Shown here piece by piece: positions 37,822 through 41,641 of a stretch of 41,641 nucleotides of DNA. Made by a program: the position numbers and the translations under genes. This stretch comes from Candidatus Moraniibacteriota bacterium (lineage in GTDB: Bacteria > Patescibacteriota > Minisyncoccia > Moranbacterales > UBA2206), in NCBI GenBank assembly GCA_027351145.1, contig DAIEIZ010000007.1:1-41641 (forward strand), given 5' to 3'. The notes beneath the pieces are model-generated. The model was not told the DNA's origin, searched no databases, and saw only the letters and a list, made by a program, of their open reading frames with translations. Position 1 is the first letter of the stretch. Every line of letters starts with the position of its first letter.

Positions 37822-39933
37822 CTTTTGCTCCATTACGCATTTAGGACAAAAAGGATGCTCACCGTTAATGTAGCCATGCACCGGACAGATACTGAATGTT
37901 GGCGTCAAAGTAAAATAGGGCAAAGCATAATTTTCAGCAATTTTTCTCACCAGCTGTTTGGTTGTTTCAATATCCCAAATTCTTTCTCCTAGAAATCCGT
38001 GCAATACTGTTCCTCCGGTATATTTAGTTTGCAAATTGTCTTGCAAATCCAACGCTTCAAAAATATCCTCGGTGTGATGCACTGGCAGTTGCGATGAATT
38101 GGTATAATATGGCTCGGCATTTTTCTCTTTGACATTCTTGTCATTTGCAAAAATAATTTCCGGATATTTTTTGCAATCAATTCTGGCTAGACGGTAGGAT
38201 GTGCCTTCGGCCGGCGTGGCTTCCAAATTATAGAGGTTGCCGGTTTCTTTTTGATAACCGATAATTCTTTGGCGCATGTGCGAGAGAATCTCTTCGGCCA
38301 ATTTTTGCCCTGCGGGAGTGGTGATGTCTTTTCCGATCAAGTTCACTAGCGCCTCATTCATTCCTACGAGTCCAATAGTCGAGAAATGATTAGCCCAATA
38401 CTGTCCACGGCGCATCTTGATTGGAGCAAGATAGAATTTAGTGTAAGGATAGAGACCGCCTTCGGTTAGTTTTTCCACCATCGTTCTTTTAGTTTCCAAA
38501 CTTTCTCTGGCCAAATCCATGAGATGATTCAATTGTTTCAAAAATTCTTTTTTATTCTTAGCGATATATCCTATGCGAGGCATATTAATCGTCACCACAC
38601 CAATTGAGCCAGTGAGCGGATTAGCCCCAAACAGACCGCCACCGCGCTTGTGAAGCTCCCGATTATCAAGACGCAACCGGCAACACATTGAGCGCGCGTC
38701 ATCCGGATCCATATCAGAATTAACAAAATTGGCAAAATATGGGATGCCATACTTGGCCGTCATTTCCCAAATCGCATCAAAGCGCCTGTCCGTCCAATCA
38801 AAATCTTTGCCAATGTTATAGGTAGGAATCGGAAAAGTAAAAATTCGTCCATTCGCGTCCCCTTCTGTCATCACTTCCGCAAAAGCCCGGTTAATCATAT
38901 TCATCTCTTCTTGAAATTCACCATAAGTTTCTTTCTGAGGAAAACCGCCAAAAATCACAGCCTCGCTTTTCAAGTTCTTAGGGCAAGTGATGTCCATCGT
39001 AATGTTGGAAAAGGGCGTTTGAAATCCTACGCGAGTGGAAACATTCATATTAAACACATAGGACTGAATTTCTTGCTTAACCTGATCGTAGGTCAATTTA
39101 TCATAACGAACAAAAGGAGCAAGCAGTGTATCAAAATTAGAAAAAGCCTGCGCACCCGCTACTTCGCCTTGCGTGGTATAGGTAAAATTTACCATCTGAC
39201 CCAAAATTGAACCCAGATGCTTAGCTGGTTTGCAGGCTACTTTTCCCGGCACACCAGTAAAACCGCGCCTCAAGAGATCTTGCAGATCCCAACCGCAACA
39301 ATAGGCAGCAAGAAGCTGCAAATCATGAATGTGAAAATCACCGCCTTCATGCGCTTGACGAATGGCTTTCGTGTAAACCCGATTCATCCAATACTTGGAA
39401 CTAACAATCGAAGAGATGTAGTTATTGAGCCCTTGAAGAGAATAGGCCATGTTGGCATTTTCCTTCACCTTCCAGTCAATTTCTTGAATATATTTATCCA
39501 CTAAATTCACTGCTTCGTCCAGCGATTCCTGAGCCTCACGATTTTTTCTGTGCTGTTCGCGATAAAGAATATATGCCTTGGCGGTTTCTTCAAAATCCAA
39601 AATCATAAGCACTCTTTCCACAAGATCTTGAATTTCTTCAATTTCCGGAACATAGCCTTTCTTGTGTTTTCGCCCTAAAAGCTTTACTACTTTTTCCGTT
39701 ACTTTTTTGGCATCATCCGCTGAACCTTCCTTGGTTGAGGCAAGCGCTTTGGCAACACCCTTTACGATTTTACTCTCATCAAAGCGGGCAACCACGCCAT
39801 TTCTTTTGATGACTTTTTCGATTCGGGTTTCATCTTTCTGCACTTCTTTTTTCACCGCCTTCTTTACTGCGACTTTTGCAGTTTTTTTATCATTCTGCTT
39901 TTTCACTCCCCCTTTTTTCACTTTTTTTGCCAT
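37705..39933 (-). CDS. nrdD: Class III (anaerobic) ribonucleoside-triphosphate reductase with ATP cone
   Basis: ATP cone (VIKRNG...AKAYILYR), HIHDL, SMCCRL, TGSIGVVTIN, EATPAEG, CPVH/CPKC, RVVGY; likely start ATG 39933. Confidence 0.96.
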   Translation of the reverse strand: MAKKVKKGGVKKQNDKKTAKVAVKKAVKKEVQKDETRIEKVIKRNGVVARFDESKIVKGVAKALASTKEGSADDAKKVTEKVVKLLGRKHKKGYVPEIEEIQDLVERVLMILDFEETAKAYILYREQHRKNREAQESLDEAVNLVDKYIQEIDWKVKENANMAYSLQGLNNYISSIVSSKYWMNRVYTKAIRQAHEGGDFHIHDLQLLAAYCCGWDLQDLLRRGFTGVPGKVACKPAKHLGSILGQMVNFTYTTQGEVAGAQAFSNFDTLLAPFVRYDKLTYDQVKQEIQSYVFNMNVSTRVGFQTPFSNITMDITCPKNLKSEAVIFGGFPQKETYGEFQEEMNMINRAFAEVMTEGDANGRIFTFPIPTYNIGKDFDWTDRRFDAIWEMTAKYGIPYFANFVNSDMDPDDARSMCCRLRLDNRELHKRGGGLFGANPLTGSIGVVTINMPRIGYIAKNKKEFLKQLNHLMDLARESLETKRTMVEKLTEGGLYPYTKFYLAPIKMRRGQYWANHFSTIGLVGMNEALVNLIGKDITTPAGQKLAEEILSHMRQRIIGYQKETGNLYNLEATPAEGTSYRLARIDCKKYPEIIFANDKNVKEKNAEPYYTNSSQLPVHHTEDIFEALDLQDNLQTKYTGGTVLHGFLGERIWDIETTKQLVRKIAENYALPYFTLTPTFSICPVHGYINGEHPFCPKCVMEQKTEVYSRVVGYIRPVAQWNGGKQAEFDDRKEFKVEKSKI

Positions 39934-39977
39934 ACAGTTTTTATTATTTTTTATTTCAATTACCACCCCTAAAAAAA

Positions 39978-40430
39978 TTATTTATCATCAAACGTGTCCA
40001 ACTCCCTTTTAAAACTTTCGATGTTGGCAAATGATTTGTAAACGCTAGCAAATCTAACATAGGCCACCTCATCCAGTTCACGCAGTTTTTTGAGAATAAT
40101 CTTGCCAATTTCCCGCGTACTTATTTCCGGTTTTTCCTTGGTCCGAATCTCATATTCCACTTCTCCGATGAATTGAGTGATCTTCTCTTCCGTCACCGGA
40201 CGTTTTTCCAAGGCTTTTCTCACGCCGGTTTCAATTTTTGATTTGTCATAATCCACTTTGAGACCATTCTTTTTGAGCACGCTTAAACGCAAAAGTTCTA
40301 TTTCCTCATAGGTACTGAAACGCGACTCACATTTCAAGCATTCTCGACGACGACGCGTAATCTTGCCTTCATTGGTTTCTCGCGAATCAACGACCTTGGT
40401 TTCAGTGTTATTGCAAAACGGACAATTCAT
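39978..40430 (-). CDS. nrdR: Transcriptional repressor NrdR
   Basis: MNCPFC, VVDSR, RRRRECLKC, DEVAYVRFASVY. Confidence 0.97.
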   Translation of the reverse strand: MNCPFCNNTETKVVDSRETNEGKITRRRRECLKCESRFSTYEEIELLRLSVLKKNGLKVDYDKSKIETGVRKALEKRPVTEEKITQFIGEVEYEIRTKEKPEISTREIGKIILKKLRELDEVAYVRFASVYKSFANIESFKRELDTFDDK

Positions 40431-40445
40431 ATTTTTTCTCTTTTT

Positions 40446-40461
40446 ATACTATATATAGTGT
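40446..40461 (-). promoter_or_regulatory. NrdR box
   Basis: acactatatatagtat fits the acaCwAtATaTwGtgt consensus; lies between the promoter and the nrdR start. Confidence 0.85.
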
Positions 40462-40472
40462 AACTTAATAGA

Positions 40473-40500
40473 ATTATACCACAATCGAAATTCCTGGCAA
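40473..40500 (-). promoter_or_regulatory. Promoter of the nrdR-nrdD operon
   Basis: TTGCCA-16 nt-TATAAT with TG extension. Confidence 0.7.
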
Positions 40501-40528
40501 GTGGTCGATTTCAAGCCACAAAAGGGAG

Positions 40529-40537
40529 TTATCCACA
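40529..40537 (+). promoter_or_regulatory. Single consensus DnaA box upstream of the nrd promoter
   Basis: TTATCCACA. Confidence 0.4.
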
Positions 40538-40595
40538 GGAGATTTTTCTTCTTCAAGATAATACCATCACCAAGAAAAAATGAAAAAACTTTTTT

Positions 40596-40823
40596 CTATT
40601 TCTCTTTCAATCCCAATCTCGAAGTGATGATCGCTAACGGGCAATAGCCAGTCAAAGAAAAATTGATCAACATCACACCAACCAGGAGCGTGAAATATTG
40701 GAAATTAAAATGACCCGACAAGGAAAATATTGTTGAGGTAGTGATAAAACTTCCTGCCGCCAGAAAAACCACTCTTTCCACATACCAAAAACTCACATCT
40801 TGATGATAAATTTTTTTAGCCAT
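40596..40823 (-). CDS. DUF2892 (YgaP-like) small membrane protein
   Basis: ERVVFLAAG...SLTGYCPL; two TM helices. Confidence 0.8.
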   Translation of the reverse strand: MAKKIYHQDVSFWYVERVVFLAAGSFITTSTIFSLSGHFNFQYFTLLVGVMLINFSLTGYCPLAIITSRLGLKEK

Positions 40824-40840
40824 ATTCTTATTTTAACTGA

Positions 40841-41641
40841 TTATTTTTTTATTGCAGTGTCCCATTTTTTGTGCTCGAAAATGTAGTACATAACCGGAAA
40901 AATAACAAGCGTCAGAAAAGTTGAAGCAGTCAATCCAAAGATAAGCGCCCAAGCCAACCCTTCCCAAACCGGATCAGAAATAATCGTAAGAGAACCTAGA
41001 ATTGCCGTAAGTGAAGTGAGCATAATCGGCAAAAGGCGAATGCGTCCCGTCTCAACCAACGCCTCCATCAGCGGTCGCTTTTGTTTTCTAAGCGGTTCGA
41101 GATATTCCAAAAAGATAACCGTATTTTTTACCGATAGTCCGGCGAGAGCGATAACTCCAATCATTGAAGTTGCGTTAAAATAAGTTCCCTTGAGTGCGTT
41201 AAGAACAGCAAAGCCGGGAAAGACTCCAATAAGACCAAGCGGAATGCTGACCATTAGGAGGATCGGGATAAAAAGCGATTCAGATTTAGCAGCCAAAACG
41301 AAATAGATAAGGAAAATCGCCACTGCCATCGCCAAACCAAGATCGCGAAAAACCTCCAGTGTCAATTTCCACTCGCCATCAATTTCAATAAAGTAATGTT
41401 GCCCGGTTTGCGTATTTACATATTCCGCGCCAAGCAAATTCCAAGCCGCTAATTTTCCATTTCCATCAGGCAGTTTATAGGAAAGCATTTTAGGAAAGAA
41501 ATCCACCATAGCATAGACGACACTGCGATTATTCATTTCCGCCGACAGATAGGTAGTCGGGCGACGATCATCAGAAATAATCGCTAAATCGGTTGCTAGG
41601 TCAGTCTTTTCGATAATTTCAGTAAGCGGAATACTCGCGCC
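40841..41641 (-). CDS. RND efflux permease (AcrB/AcrD/AcrF family), C-terminal part; starts outside the window
   Basis: SIPLGLIG, MIGVIALAGLSVKNTV, RLLPIMLTSLT, GLTASTFLTLVIFPVMY. Confidence 0.9.
   Translation of the reverse strand, partial: GASIPLTEIIEKTDLATDLAIISDDRRPTTYLSAEMNNRSVVYAMVDFFPKMLSYKLPDGNGKLAAWNLLGAEYVNTQTGQHYFIEIDGEWKLTLEVFRDLGLAMAVAIFLIYFVLAAKSESLFIPILLMVSIPLGLIGVFPGFAVLNALKGTYFNATSMIGVIALAGLSVKNTVIFLEYLEPLRKQKRPLMEALVETGRIRLLPIMLTSLTAILGSLTIISDPVWEGLAWALIFGLTASTFLTLVIFPVMYYIFEHKKWDTAIKK

Noticed and set aside
37373..37992. Plus-strand ORFs 37373..37777 and 37756..37992 sharing FATIPLSDWADIAHDTGINLR
   Set aside because: Antisense shadows of the duplicated glycyl-radical segment
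40529..40537. Replication origin
   Set aside because: Only one DnaA box, no cluster, and no dnaA or dnaN nearby

Overview
AT-rich bacterial chromosome segment with almost all genes on the minus strand. Gene content and style (rpmF-nusB-rnc block, split comEC, four-helix-bundle insert, many GT-C glycosyltransferases, apparently leaderless genes) suggest a Patescibacteria/CPR (Parcubacteria-like) genome; that is an inference. Left to right: a partly decayed wzm/wzt polysaccharide-export locus with a frameshifted four-helix-bundle gene; an MNT-HEPN toxin-antitoxin pair; a large surface-anchored lipase-like protein; a surface-glycan cluster (GT2/GT4, gmd, fcl, galE); housekeeping genes (rnc, nusB, rpmF, cyclophilin, split comEC, DUF167); a ~13 kb envelope island with two OmpR-family two-component systems; an anaerobic ribonucleotide reductase operon (nrdR-nrdD-small ORF-nrdG) with an NrdR box; and the 3' end of an RND pump. 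Two observations stand out. (1) Beside a complete nrdD there is a separate 87-aa gene with its own Zn-ribbon-type cysteines and a glycyl-radical segment identical to nrdD's at the DNA level over 89 bp, a candidate GrcA/YfiD-like spare part for class III RNR. (2) Seven copies of a TTCAT-N6-TTCAT direct repeat each lie exactly 10 bp upstream of a -10-like hexamer, in front of every predicted transcription unit of the envelope island, outlining a complete regulon. No rRNA, tRNA, CRISPR array, transposase or reverse transcriptase was seen.
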